Part shown: one piece after another, positions 1 through 13,249 of the stretch
Layout of the letters: every line of letters starts with the position of its first letter
Position numbering within the stretch: position 1 is the first letter of the stretch
Source: Raillietiella orientalis
Taxonomy: Eukaryota
Direction of reading: 5' to 3'
DNA length: 64,000 nucleotides
Assembly (NCBI GenBank): GCA_036172245.1
Contig: JAYWIR010000001.1
Location: 2,852,001 to 2,916,000, forward strand
Notes under the pieces: model-generated
What the model saw: the letters and a program-made list of their open reading frames with translations, nothing else
What the model was told of the DNA's origin: nothing
Database searches by the model: none
Program-made: the position numbers and the translations under genes

Positions 1-3000
1 TGCGGCGGAGGTGGCGGCGCGTCATCGGCCGCAGGCGTAGCAGCCGCGACGGCAGCGTTCGCCCGCCCGCCCTCCCAGCCAGTCCGCCGCCTCGGGCGAC
101 CGGCTGCCGCCGACACTGACAGCAGCGCCGCCTTCGCGCGGTCCCGGGAGGCGCTCGCGAGTGGACGCGGAATGCGGAAGACGGGAGCGCGAGGCGCCCT
201 GCCGACGACGGCGGCGCGCTCTTCCCCCTTCCGCAGGGACGTCCGGCTCCTCGTCGGACGGCCCTGAGGGACGCGCCCGAAGGGAACAGCCCACACCTCT
301 CTTCTTTTTTGAGGGTAGGAGGGAGGGATTTCCCCTCTCGGGAAGAAAAGCGGGAGACTGTTGCTTCCCCTCCCCCTGGGGGAGGGTCGGAGAGCCAACC
401 CTACTCTCCCCTCGCGCCCCTCCGGGGAGAATGCGGCGCGGTTCCGCGCGAGACTCCCCCGCGTCACGCCCGCAGCCTCCGGTCCGGTGCGCGTGGAGAT
501 GCGCGCCGCCGTCGGCTGGCAGAAAATCATCAGTGCCGCTGCTGGCCTGCGTGCAGCGGCGCGCGCGCAGCCGGTCCCTTCTCCTCCTCCCACGCACGCA
601 CGCACGCACGCGTACGCGCACACAGCCTTGCTCCCTCGGAGCGCGGCTCCTCGCGTGGCAACCCTGCTTCAGCCGAGGAGGCGCTACCCTCAGGGTTGCC
701 GCCACCATTCCCGCCGCCTCTGCTGATGGCCGTGATCAGCGCGCGCCGGCTGCTGCTCTCAACGGTGCCACCGTCGGCACCCAACGCAACTCAATCCTTC
801 GCAGGCATCACGCCCACGCATCCGCTGCCGCCGCGGCGTGGCGTCCTTGCCGTGTGTGACGCGACGGGGAGGGTTGGCAACGGTGGCAGTCGTCACGAAA
901 CGTAGTCAGCAGCAATCGGGATGGTGCGGGTGGGGTGCGGACAGCGTGGGGACGCCCCCGCTGCCCACCTCAGGATCGTACCGGCGCTAGTGCCACGCCG
1001 GTTTCGCGGTCCGTGTGGCGCACCGGCGGGGTGGTGTGTGTCTTAGCGTGCCGCTCTGGACACGATCGCAGCATGCACGCTCCCTTGCGGCCGCTGCTAC
1101 CGCCGCCGGCAGTCTTGCAGGTGCCGAGGCCGCGGTCCATTCCGTCTCGGGTGGCCACTGCCACCGGGCTGACAGTCGGTTGCGGCCGTCGCGAGCGCTG
1201 CCACTGATGCCGCCGGTCTCGCCAGTGACGTCACTGGCACCACCGGCTCCTTCAGAGCCCCTCGTGGGCACTCGGACAGACCTTAGTGCTGCTGCTGGTG
1301 ATGGTGGTCTTCCCGCTCCTTCATCACTGAGGCAATTTTCAATTGCCCCCGTCATGAACTTTCCCTGTGCCAGGATCACCAATCCCACCGCTGCCGCGTT
1401 CATCACTACGGCCGCTGCGGCAGCTTCCACTGCTGCTGCTGCTGGCCATGCGTTGTCTTTGATTGCCACCCCCCTCTATTGCGAAAGCGTTGAAGTCACT
1501 TTTACTGGAACCCCTGCTACCACGTTCATTGCCACCCCTACTGCCCTGCTACCACCATGACCACCTCGCCGCCGCTACCGTTACTGCCGTTCCCGTGACT
1601 ATCGTCAGTGAGCCGGGTTTTCCATGAGCGCGCGCCCGGCAGCGGCGCTCGCTGCCTCTTGACCTCGAGCGGCTGCCAAGGGCTCCACCGCACCTCCCGC
1701 GAGCTGGGACCAGCCCTGAGACTGTTGCATGGGTCAGGAGCGGGGGGCTGCCAGGAAGGCAGTGCGCGCCCACGCCTCCCGGTGGTTCGACCTGGATCTG
1801 GGTAGGGGGAGCGGTGGCGGCGCGCGACGGGGCTCGCAGCTAAGGAAGGGCCTGGAAGGAGGAGGAAGTCGAGCATTAGTCTCCCCCCCCCCTCCTGTAA
1901 CCCCCCTCCTTTCCCTCCGCTTCTCTCTGGACGGCGGCCAGTCCCGAGCGAGAGGAGAAGTAGCCGGCGCGCAAGCCGCCGCGAGGGCAGATGAGGGCGC
2001 GACAGCCAGAACCCGAGACAGGAAAGGGGGATACCATGGAAACGCGGCGGCAGCAGCGGCAGCGGTTGCGGAGGCGAGCGAAGGAGGAAGGGGGGGGGGG
2101 GGGGTGCCCGTCTGCCCGCTGGAGCACGGCGTCTGCGTCGAGCGGAAAGGCGCGCTCCGCGCACGCGCAGCCAGCCAGCAGCCAGCCAGCCAGGCGCCTC
2201 GTCTCGGCAGCGTGCTGTCGGCCGGTCGCCGTCCCCCTCCTCCTCCTCCCCCTCCCCCTCCCCACGCCGTCTGCGGGCGTCGGCCTTTCCCCGTCCTCCG
2301 CCCCTCCCCTTTTCGAGAAGGGCGATGGCGCGCGCTCTCCTCCTCCTCCTTTCCGCCTTCCCCAGACGACGACGGCGACGACGGGGGGGGGGGGATCCTT
2401 GAGCTCCTCGTGGACTGGAGCCGAAGTGGACAGTCGGCCGCAGGGGCGCGCCGCCACGCTCCCGAGTGGACGAGACTCCCTTCGCTCCGGCAGGCGCGCG
2501 AGCGTCCCCACCGATCGATCGATCTCCGGTCACGTGGCCGATGAGGGACGGCAGACGGCGAAGCGGATGGGGGGAGGAGAGTGGGGGACGGCGAGGGAGG
2601 GAGGAGAGAGAAGACGACGGCACGGCGACCTTGATCCATCCGCTTCCGCGTTCCAAGCCTTTCTCCCCCCTCCTCCTCTTTTTTTTTTTTTTTTTCCGGT
2701 TTTGAGCGCGACGCCTTCCCCGGAAAAGGGGGGAAAAGAAGAAGAAAAATATGCGCGTGCGCGCGATCCCCGCAGTGCGCACGCCTTTTCGGCGGACGCA
2801 CGCGCCGCGCTCTCGGAGGGAGGCCAAGAGCGGCTGATTTTGGACAGGGGGGGGGGGGGGAATGCGGTCTTCCTCCCTCCTCCCAGTTCCTGGTCGACGG
2901 ACGAAACTGGGGGAAAGAGGGGGCGTCCTCGAAGGTAGCTGCCGGCGCTCGAAGGCGACTGCCTCGGCGGCAGGCAAGGGTTGCCTGGCATCAGGTTGGG

Positions 3001-3882
3001 AGGCGACACGCGGACGGGAGCTGCGAACAAAGGGGGGAATGCGCGACGGTCGCTCCTGGCGTGTCCGTCGGCATTCCCAGGCGCGAGGCCGCCGTCTTTC
3101 CCCCTTCCTTTCCCCTGCGTCCCAGCCGTCCAGCGAGCAAGCGCCCCGCTACGAGCTGAGGATTTTTTCCTGGATCGGCCAAGCAGCTGAGTCCGAGGCT
3201 CGCGCGTGCCAGCGGTGCCAGCGGCGCCCCTTCGGAAAGGAAAAACACAAACAGAAAAAAAAAAAAACACCTCTTCTAGAAGAAGGAGCTGCTTCCTGTC
3301 TGCTGCTGTAGCCTTCCTGCTCCTCCCCCCTTGCGTTCGCCCTCCCGTGACCCCCGGAAACAGCGAAGACGGCGGCGGCGGCGCGCTCGCGCGCTCTCGC
3401 GGAGAGCAAACGAACCGCAGGAGGAGGACGGAAGAATTTTTCCGCCCTTGATCGGAGAGCGCCAAGTGGTTGGCGGGTAGGCGGAAGGGGAGGGGAGGGA
3501 GGAGGAGGAGGAGGGAAGACAGAAGCGATCCGTTACCGAGGCGACCGCTTCTCCGACGCTGCTTCCGATCAAAACTGGGACGGCCCGAAGGAATGGTGGA
3601 GGTGGTGGTGGTGACTCACCCCAGACGGCGGCGGTGACCAAGACAACGGCGCGCGCGAGCACGCGAGAGAGAGAGGGCGCGCACGCTCGCGCGGAAACTG
3701 GACCGGGAGAAAAGGAGGGAGGGAGGGATCAGTCTGGCCGAACGCGAAAGTCTGGCCGGACCCAGAAGGGTCGCGCTCGCGTCTGGTGGTCACTTTCGGT
3801 CAAGTTCGCCCCTCCGCAGACGGATTCCGACCTTTACCTAGCGAGGAGCGATCGATCACGCTTTCGGCCGGGACGATGCGCA

Positions 3883-3883
<1 letters not shown>

Positions 3884-3915
<32 letters not shown>
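3884..3915. repeat. (GCC)n microsatellite
   Basis: Uninterrupted CGC/GCC run. Confidence 0.95.
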
Positions 3916-3916
<1 letters not shown>

Positions 3917-5499
3917 TCGCGAGGAACGCGGAAGGAAGCGGCGGTCCGTCCGTCTGCGACCGCGTGCACGCCGCCACAGGTTTCTTTCTCATGACGTCGC
4001 GTCTGACCTCCTCTCGTCGAGGGAACTCGGTCGGGGCGCCCCTCCCAACGGCAAGGATCGTGGAAGATCAAGGAAACCCTGCAGTCTTCTGGGTCGTCGG
4101 CACGCAGCCAGCGGGGTGGCCTTCCGCTTCCTCCACTCGACGAGTGTTTTTTTTTTTTTTTTCTGCTCCCTCTGCTTTTTTCCCACCCCCGTTCCAGCCC
4201 CGAAGATTCTTCCAGCGCCGAAGACGAAGACGACGCACCGCCGAGGGTCCTACGAGGGGAGGAATTCCGAGCCACGATCCGACAGAGTCGGATCTCTCTC
4301 TCTCTCTCTCCTCTCCTCGTGGCCAGACTACGTGCCCCTGAGAGGTCCAGAAAAACGTCGCGCCCGAGGTCTGGATCTCGAGCAGCGTCGGGCGAGTGGC
4401 TTCGAGCGGGGGAAGGCAAGGGGAAGTGTACGATGGACGCTTCTCCCCTCTCTCTCCCGCTCTCTTTCCACTTCCCGTTCGGTAGCACCTCGCCGGCGCT
4501 CGGAAAGTTGGCGGTTTCCTCGAGAGATGTCACGGCTGTCTCAGTGCCCCTCCCCCCCATCCTCAAAGTTACGGCGGCGCGGGAAACCACGCGTGATGGC
4601 AGCGGCAACTCCGCGTGAGCCAACGCTCCCGATGATCTCTCCGAGACGTTTCTTTCAGTTTGATCTCAGCCAAAAGGTCGAGAAGCGACGGCCCGCGTGT
4701 GTGCTCTTTGTCTTTTTCACTTACGTCGTCTCATGCAACGGGGAGGACCTGTCGCAAGTGGTCTTGCACGTAGGGCAGGCGCAAAGGATGTTGAGGAAGG
4801 ATCTAAATAAAATAAACGGGGTCGTCATGGATGTATCTGAGCACCGGATGCTGAGGCTCTTTCCCTGGGGCTCTGTTCCCAAGTAGGGATCTGGGTGCAA
4901 GGAACGTCCGGGGCATGCTGGGAAAAAACACTCGCGAGCAGCCCCGGCTGGGAGTGGAGTATCCACCCTACCCTATCAGGAGCAGGGGGGTGCACACGTC
5001 CAGGTTCGGTCTTCTAGCGTTGTGGCACTTCAGGACGTTTCGGCTCTCCGACGAAGCTTCTAGACACCAAGGGTGGATTCTTGGAGTCTACCAGGACGGC
5101 AGAGCCCAGCCCAGTTTCTTGGACCAGCACGTCCCACTCTCCGTGAGACTGGAAAGTGTGTCGACACGGGAGTCCAAGAAGGGAATCCTCTCCTTCTCAG
5201 CTGAGAGCCGAATGGCTCCAGAGGTCGTGACCCTTACCCGCTCTTTCTGCAATGCCAGATGAATCTCCATCCTTCTTGTGGAGCACGCGGTAGAAAAAAA
5301 GAAACCACGGCATGCAATCAGTTTCTTTCTTCTTGGGAATTCCTCTGAGCACCTTTCGTCGTGTCCAACCCGTTTGTGCCCCTCCCCTCCTCGGGCTATC
5401 CTCGACAAGAGTTCTCTGTAACGCCGGCAACCGGGCAGTCTTCCTTCCTGCGCCCCGGAGAGGTCCCAGAGTCGCCTTATGAGACCAAGGGATGGGATC

Positions 5500-6051
5500 G
5501 CCTGAGCTCCTCCTCTCCCCAGTCGTTGCTCAGAGAGACCCCGTAGGTAGTTATTCCTCGAAGCATCTCGGCACGCAAACCGAACGCTCGTTAAGCAGGT
5601 CATGGTGTTGCTGGCCACTCTGCCTCAAATTCCGAGCTCGAAGACCATCCAACCAGCTAAAGATTCTCTTTCGAACGCCTTGCTGGTCCAGAACATTTGC
5701 AAGGGCTCTGAGGGACCTTCCTTTGCTCCCTTCCTGCGCCCACTGGGGCTCCTTCCGCGGGATTCAGCAGGCAGATCCGAACCGCGCCCGAGGACGGCTG
5801 GAAAGATCATGGCCTAACCTGGTGATCGCTGATCCATTACGCCTTTCTTGCTCAGGGAAGCAGAGCAGACTCGGCCCTGTCACTAGGAAACCAGGAACCA
5901 CAACTGAAGGCGTTTTCTTTTTTTTTTTCCTATCAGGTGCGCGAACACGGCAAACTCAAATCTGCGTCGAGGGTGGAACACGTGACCGAGGATATTCGTT
6001 GCTGCTCTTTCTGATGCTGTGCTTCTTCTTTCTTTCTTTCTTTCTTCCTTT

Positions 6052-6082
<31 letters not shown>

Positions 6083-6475
6083 TCCCAGGCACCGAAACTG
6101 CCGTTGCGTCATCAAGGCTTTCTATCGAGGGATGAAGCGACGGAAATGGGCAACGAAGGGCACATCCGGAAACGCTTTCCGAAAAATGCGACAGTCTACC
6201 TGGCAACGGGTCTCTGGGAGAAAAACGTCACTGAGACCTTGAGGAGGTTTTGCGGGAATCCTGCTAAGGACCCGAACCTTCCGAATGTTCCAAAACAGCG
6301 ATGTTCGAAGCAGAATCTCTAGCTGATTGGATGGTCTTAGAGCTCTCGGAGGACGCGGCAGAGTGGCCAGCGCCATGACCTGCTTTCAGGAGCTCGGTTT
6401 AGCGCGCCGAGAGATGCTTCGAGGAATGACCACCTATGGAGTCTCTCTGAGTATTGAGTGGGGGTGAGGAAGAGC
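5500..6475. repeat. Diverged inverted repeat (~200-bp arms 5500-5705 / 6275-6475) around a poly(T)-poly(A) spacer
   Basis: CTCAGAGAGAC..TTCCTCGAAGCATCTC..AGCAGGTCATGG..GCTGGCCACTCTGCC..AAGACCATCCAA is present on opposite strands. Confidence 0.75.
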
Positions 6476-9400
6476 CCTTGGTGTCATGGAGCGACCCTGG
6501 GACCCTCGCCTTGTCGAGGAGAACTCGAGATTCTGTTCCTTCCGATTCATTTCGACCGGAGTTTCCTCGCTAGCTGTGTTTCCACGCAAGCGGAAGATAA
6601 AGCTCGTTGTTATCCAACAATAAGAGATGCTGTCTATCTAATCTCTGGATCAGATTCAACAGCAGGGATGACGAAATTCATCCCGTGAGGATACGCTGAT
6701 CGAAGTGCCCTGAGCGTCGGCAGCTTCCAATCAAGGAGCCACGACGATGGCGTGTGGTCTCCGATGCAGGAATGGCTCTCAACAGCGAGGCTACGAGTAC
6801 CCCCTGGATGGAAGCGCACGGAGTCTGTGCATCTCCGGAGCTGAAGGACGACGGTTGCCGTAGATGTTGAAATTTTTCTCCACGAAGCACAGGGCAGAAA
6901 TACAGGAAGCGTGATAAACCGGATGGAAGACGGGCATTAGCTGAGGATTACGCTTCTCAGCGTTTCGACTGGAGGATGACTTTCGCCAAAAACAACCTTC
7001 GACTGTTCTGAAGCCACAGAGAGCTCTTCTTCTCTTCGTCGACGCCGATCGAAAAAAAAACAAAAAACAGAAGAAGCTAGAAGGGTGAGACCATCCAGGG
7101 GGCTAAAGGCCAGAGGGAAGGAGAGACGGAATTGCAATCTGGAAAAATGCAGTCGAATGAAACCGAGCTGTGCTTTCAGTCAAAGGATGGGAGTCATCTG
7201 GTAGCGAACCGAGTAACTAATGGACTTCTTCCGTCTGGGTTCCTCTTCCGTCGCGACTCTCTTGCGAAGGGCCAACAAAGAACCAGCTCGTGGGGAAGTG
7301 TTGGTCGGGGAAGGTGTTCCGGAGAACACGGAGCAGAGGAAATCCGCAGAAGGAAAAACTCCCATCTGCACCGGGATGCCGTTGCCCAGTGCGCTGCCGC
7401 TTGTTTCTTTCCAATCAGGGCACGGAGGATCGTTCGGAGGCGAAGATTTTCCGCGTTCCATCAACTCGCGAAAGAATCGGCACAAGGAGGACCGCGCAGC
7501 AGTCTAGAACTCGCTCTGCGTGAGTTCCTGGGCACCGGAACCAGTTCCTCGAACAGGCGCGCGCGCATCCTGGCGCGTGATGGGCATCGCTGATCGCCTG
7601 ATGGCTTATGAACAAAAGAGGTTTCCTTGCTCGCTATCTGCTTTCGTGCGGCAGAGAGGCACACCGCCAAGCAGCTCCCCTCCTCCAGCGGGCGCTCACC
7701 GCCTCCCTCAAAGAGTTGCTGCGCGCGTGTGGTGCGATGACACTGTCGAGAAAGCCGCCGAGGACGCCATCTCGTGGCGTTCGCTCCAACCAACCCCCGG
7801 GGACGAACGCCAACTTTTTGCCTGCTGGAGCAGCAGCGAAAATAAAATAATCAAAAGATGGCTTTCTTCTTCTTCTTCTCCTTCTTCCAGATCCTCCCTT
7901 CTAGCGACTCCTTTCTCCTGCGCGTCCGGGTCTCAAGGGCCACGCCGTCCCGCCCGCAGTCTTTCCTCTTTCTCCGAAAGCAGCGCGGAAGGCTCCCGAA
8001 CTTGCTCACCGAGACGGGCCGCGCAGCAAGCGCACTTGGAGGAAGGGGACGTCCCCCCGAGCCCGTCTCAAGTCGCCGGGGCAACAGCAGCACCAGTACC
8101 GCCGCTGCGCCGGTTTCCAGGACGACAGGCAAAGGCGGCAGCAGCCTTGCCAGACGCAGTGCGCACGGCAGAACCCGATGCCGTGACATTGTGCAACCGG
8201 TGATGGCGACGTCCTCTCTCTCTCTCTCCCCTCCTCCTCTCGCCATGGTCTTCTCCTCCCCCTTTCCCTCTGTGCATCCATGGGAACGCCTCGTGCTTTC
8301 CACGCGCGGCTGCGGCTGAAGCCACAAGCGGCGGCGGCGGTGGGTGTCTCCCAGCGCAGTCTCTTCGAGCGGCAAGTCTCCTGCTCACGAGAGGAAGCTG
8401 CCGCTACGTCCCGCCAAATTCGGAAAGCTCAAGGACCCGAACTGACCTGCTAACATCTGCACAAGGTGGAGAAGGAAAAAAAAAGAAGGGAGGAGGGGGG
8501 GGACGAGAAATAAAAAACACATACACACACACACACACAAAAAAAAAAAGTCCGTTCTGTGCCTTGCTCACAGTTCGGGGAAGTTCCGCGCGATGACGTG
8601 CGTGCTCCCAGGTCTCTGAGATTGCCGGGAGGGAAGAGTCGCTTCAAGCTGCGCGACGCACACGTGGATGCCAGGAGGAGTGGTCCTGCACCGAGCCGGA
8701 AGAGGTCAACAGCGCCTCAGCAGCTTCCAGACGCCGGGAAATGCAAGAGGGTGGGGTCGGAGCCCCCGGCGCTTCGAAGACGGTTTGTCCGTCGTCGTCA
8801 GGCAGCGCGGGGCTGTCGCCGCCCCTTTCCATCTTCCGTCTCGCCCTCCTCCCCCTGGCCCCTCCCCCCCATCGTCCCGAGCGGGACCCGCCTCGGAATT
8901 TCCGGGATTCCTTCCTGAGTGCTGGAGTGTGACCCGGCCCCGGGGAAGCACCCCTTTCTTTACATGACCGCGGAAAACTCGCAACTCGAAAACCCGTCTG
9001 GTAGACTCGCGGAGGAAAGTGCCAGAGGGGAAGACCACCAGTGATGCACCTGTCGTCTCTGTGAGAGAGGAGGAGGGGCGAACCTTCCCGCGGCCGCGCG
9101 AGGCCAGCAAGCATCTATTCCGGTCGGCACAAAAACTCGCCAGCCGGGAGTCATCCCAGCTCGGGGCTTTCGCCCCTCCTCCGTTGGCGACCGCCGCATT
9201 TTCTCTTGGGCAACCTTGAGTGGACCCCCCTTTTCCGGAGCGATCGAAGCGGCGTGGCCGGCGTCCGCTCCGAGCGCACCCGCTGCCGCGAACCGGGCGC
9301 CGTCTGCGGCCGGTGGCAGCGGCGGTACCGGGTGAGGGCGCGCACCGCATCGCTGCCCGAGGGTGGGCGGCGGGATCAGCTTCCGGAAGCGGATCGCTTT

Positions 9401-11849
9401 CTCGCGTGCCGCGAGCATCTCACTCCTTTTCCGCTTGCGGCGTCCGCTCTACTGGAGGGAGGAGGAGGGGGGAGGGGGAAGCGGGATTCCTTGCCCCCCG
9501 TTGCTTAGGAAGACGAAGGACGGGAGCAGGAGCTGAGCAAAAAAGAAAAACAAGCGCGTCATCACTCCCCGGTCTGGAGGAGTCCCTTTCCTCCCTCGAC
9601 TTCTTCTTTCCTCGACTTTTTCACCGAACCTCTCCCCCCGCCCCTCGGCCGGGAGAAAGAGTTTCAAAAGGCCTCAGAGCTTTCTCTTCTCCTCAAGAGA
9701 GGACGCTGCGCCTCGCGCTCCTCGCAAGCTCGAATTTTTCCGCCGCCAGAAGGGGAAAAAGGAAGCAAACGCCCCTTTTCGCTAGAGGTTTTCTCTTGCT
9801 CTTGTTTGTGGGGCGACGCTTCTTCCAGGGGCCTCCTCCTCCCAGCGGCGCGCGCGGGAGCGCGAAGCCGGCGACCGGAGGGAGGCGCGTTCGTCCTCCT
9901 CCCGTCTCGATTCGTTCCATCTCGCGCGCGCCCCCCTCTTCCCCCTGCCCTTCCGCCACCCGTTCGCACCTCGCGCGCCCTCCCCGGCGCCGTGGATGCG
10001 CCGCCAACTCCTCCCCCGCTGCACCGCTTCCGGAAGGTCTCCCCGCCCGCCGGCTTACCCCGTGCGTCTCCGCGAAGCAGTCGTCGCGACCGCTCGTCTC
10101 GACCCGCTTGCGTCACTCCGAGCGAAAAGATGGCGCTCGCCGCCTCGCGCCCCGCCAAGCCGGGCGCGCGCGCTGAGAGGCGAGCATTCCCGGGCGAAGT
10201 CGCCGCCACGTGTGGGTTGCGGCGGCGGCGGCGAAAAGTTCCGCACGCACTCGTCCGGAACCCCGGCGCGCTCTCATGCCCTTCGCGCGCTGCTTCCAAG
10301 GAGTCCCGCCCTGGCTCAGCAGCGGCGGCGGCGGCGGCGGCCGTGGAGGAAGTGAAAATCCCGGGATGCGGCAGGACTCTCCTTTCCCCCTTCGACGGCC
10401 GCTCTCGGTCATACGGGAAGGGCAGACGGAGGAGGAGGGGGAGGAGGAGGAAGGCGTCTGCCTAGTTGTTCCGAAGGGGAGGGAGGGAGAGGGGAAGGAG
10501 AGAACGTCCCGAGAGAACCTTCCCTGCGCTCGAAGGGGAAGGGAGAGGCAAGCGGAACGAGTAAGAGGTCGTCTTCCTATCCCTTGGACGGGAATTTCCC
10601 TTCTCCTTTGAGGATTTCCAGACGGGAAGAAGAGGCGCCGTCTGCTCCATTCGACAGGATCCCATCGGAGGAAATGGGCGAAGGAGGAAACAACGAGAGG
10701 AAGGCTCGTGCCCTGCACCTCTGTTTCCAGGGGCGTCGTGCCTCCTTCCTGGGGAACATCGATCCGCGGCTTTTCCGGTCCTTCCGATCATTCCTTCTTT
10801 GCGGTTTCATCTCATCGCCCCTTTCCCTTTCCTCGTCACCATGGCGTTCCTATCTTCGGCGAGCAAACGGGCGCCCACTTTCCAAGCGAGGAGAGACGGA
10901 TCCAGGTTCGAGGGGAGTGCTTTCGCGTCCCGTCGGGAGGTGGCATTGCGATCGCTCGCCTACCGGGTTTCTTCGAAAGTTACGGAAAACGCTCTCCCGC
11001 TGCGAAGGAGGCGAGTGTGGGAAGGATCACACCTTGATCTCCCCGATACTCTGTTCTCCTTCCGCTTCCCTTCCCCGGCTGCCGAAGAGATGAGGAAACG
11101 GGATGTGGGTGACTCTCCAAACGTCGAGGTGGTAGGGCAGGAGAGAAATGGGCAAAAAAGAGACGACGACGGCAGAAGTGCTTCGCTGGTGAAAGATGTC
11201 GAGCCAGCGCTTCTGGTACTGCCCCAGCCTCCCCGTGCCCGAGGCACTCCCTGCATCCCCGTCCGTGACCTGCCTCCCCGCCAAGTAAAGTTCGGCCCGC
11301 TCGCTCGCTCGGCGGCGAGAATGCTGCGTCTTCCCTTCCCGTCTCAAGGACGCCGCTTTGTTTCCTGCGCCGTTCGCCGGGATTGAGCGGGAAGGAGAGA
11401 GGACGGGCGGCCCGGAACCTTAGGGAAGAAAGAGAGGCCTCGCTTGCCGCTGGTCACGTGATACGCGCGTCTTGCGCAAGCGCGGGCGAAAAGGGTACTG
11501 GAATCCGCCGGCCAGAGTGGCCGTGCTGCCTGCTGGCGCGGGCGGAAACGCCTCTTCCATCTGCTCGGGTCATCCCGGTGGCGAGAAAGGGTGGCTCACG
11601 GAACAGGATGGAGAAGGGAGGGAGGAGGAGGCTGCGGCAGCGACGCGAGCTGGCTGGCCGAGCTGCCTGTCCGACGCCCGTTCTCCCTGTCCACGCCTGT
11701 GCCAAGCTCTGGGAAGCGCAGGAAGGGGGCACTCTCTGGCTGCGGGTCGTCAGATCTTTGCGTAGCCATAGTGACGGAGGAGTTGGGGCACTGCTGGGGA
11801 AAGCAATCAAAGCTCTGCCCGTGAAACTCGGGAAGATACCGCACGCGTC

Positions 11850-12900
11850 CATCCTCGCACGTGTAGCTTTTGCTTACGTGCCCGGCAGCATGCACACAGT
11901 GTACCTTGTCTCGTACGCATGCGAGCATTCATGGGCGCATGCTCCTGAGAGCATTCTGTATATGCACGTGTGTACACATCGATGTGTACGGATTTGCTGC
12001 ATCTTTCTCCACGTGTTCGTATGCCCTCGCGCGCTCCTAAACTCGCTGAATGCACATTCACCCGTCCACGCTGGGGAGTACACAAGGTATACACGAGCAT
12101 GCATGCTTTTGTACATGCTGATGATGTGCAAAAGAAAAAAAAGAAAAAAGGATCTGTACAGATTTATGTGAATATCCATGAGCACATATCCTCATGCACG
12201 TAGAAAATACGTGCAATTTTGTACATGTGGGTGTCCCTTTTTTGTTTGTTTGTTGGTTGGTTGGTTTGTACAGTTCCATGCGTGTATCAGTGCTTAGTGT
12301 TTTTTATTTATTCCATTCAATTCACTTGCGTGCAAGTGGGTCCGCACAACAACATCCACGCTTTTCGGGTTGCGCACGAATGCGTGCGGTTCTCCAGTAC
12401 GCATCGGTATGCGCAGCTCTGTATTCGCATCCGTGCGCGAGGCATTGGTACACGCTGTTTCACATCAGTGTGCGCGTACTTTTTTCTAGATCGCTTGCGT
12501 GTGTGTGTACGCTTCCGTGCCGATCTGCAAGCGACACCTGGCTGGTTGCATGTGTTGGTGTGGTGTAGGTGTGCAGGAAGCACCTTCTTGCTCGCAGATC
12601 TGCCATTCGCATCTTCGCATTTTCTGTACGAGGGAAGAAGAATAGGCGCGAGATCGTACACAAACACGTACATGTATTTTGCCTGCGTCCCTTCGCATCC
12701 TCCCTGCTCAATTATTCCTTCGTGCACCCAATTCCGCTGCCTTCGTACACAGCATTCGAGGAGTACAGTTTCGCGAACAGGACGCCGTGCGCAGATCCGT
12801 GTACACCGTCGTTTGTGCAGCGCCTCGTGCGTGCATCCGCTGGTGCGAACACGCGAACGTGCCCGTGTACGAGTGTCTGCAGTTCAAGCAGCGTTCAGAC
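11850..12900. repeat. Low-complexity alternating purine-pyrimidine tract (TG/CA/CG/TA-rich)
   Basis: Dense GTACAC, TGCAC, GCATGC and CGTGT words, distinct from the flanks. Confidence 0.6.
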
Positions 12901-13249
12901 TCACGGGCAGCCTTCCAGCCGGGTACCTGTCCCGATCGGAAGGAAATCTCCGGGAATCAAAGATGTTCCTGCCATCTAGCGGACCCTGCGCGAACAACCG
13001 GAAAAAGCACGCGGCCGCCAGAGTGGGCTGCAGAGACGGAGGGATGGGGCAGTGAGATGCAACGAAGATGCTTTGGTGAGAGAGTGCGGAGAAGGGCCGC
13101 TCTCGGCTAGTTTCTGCAGCTCCCGTGACCTCCAGGAAGTAATCTCGACGTTCCGGCCGTCCTGCTCCCGGCCCCACTGGGGTGGACCTACGAACCGCAG
13201 CACACAGCCTCTGCGCATGGGTGGTCCCACGGGCCACCAGCACGGAGCT

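Noticed and set aside
5088..5618. EKERIPFLDSRVD as a Penelope or DIRS RT motif
   Set aside because: It is a single short motif with no catalytic DD or other supporting motifs.
1..12000. Many long overlapping ORFs (up to 479 aa)
   Set aside because: They are Arg/Pro/Gly-rich, open in several frames on both strands and run through homopolymers and microsatellites, as expected from high GC alone.
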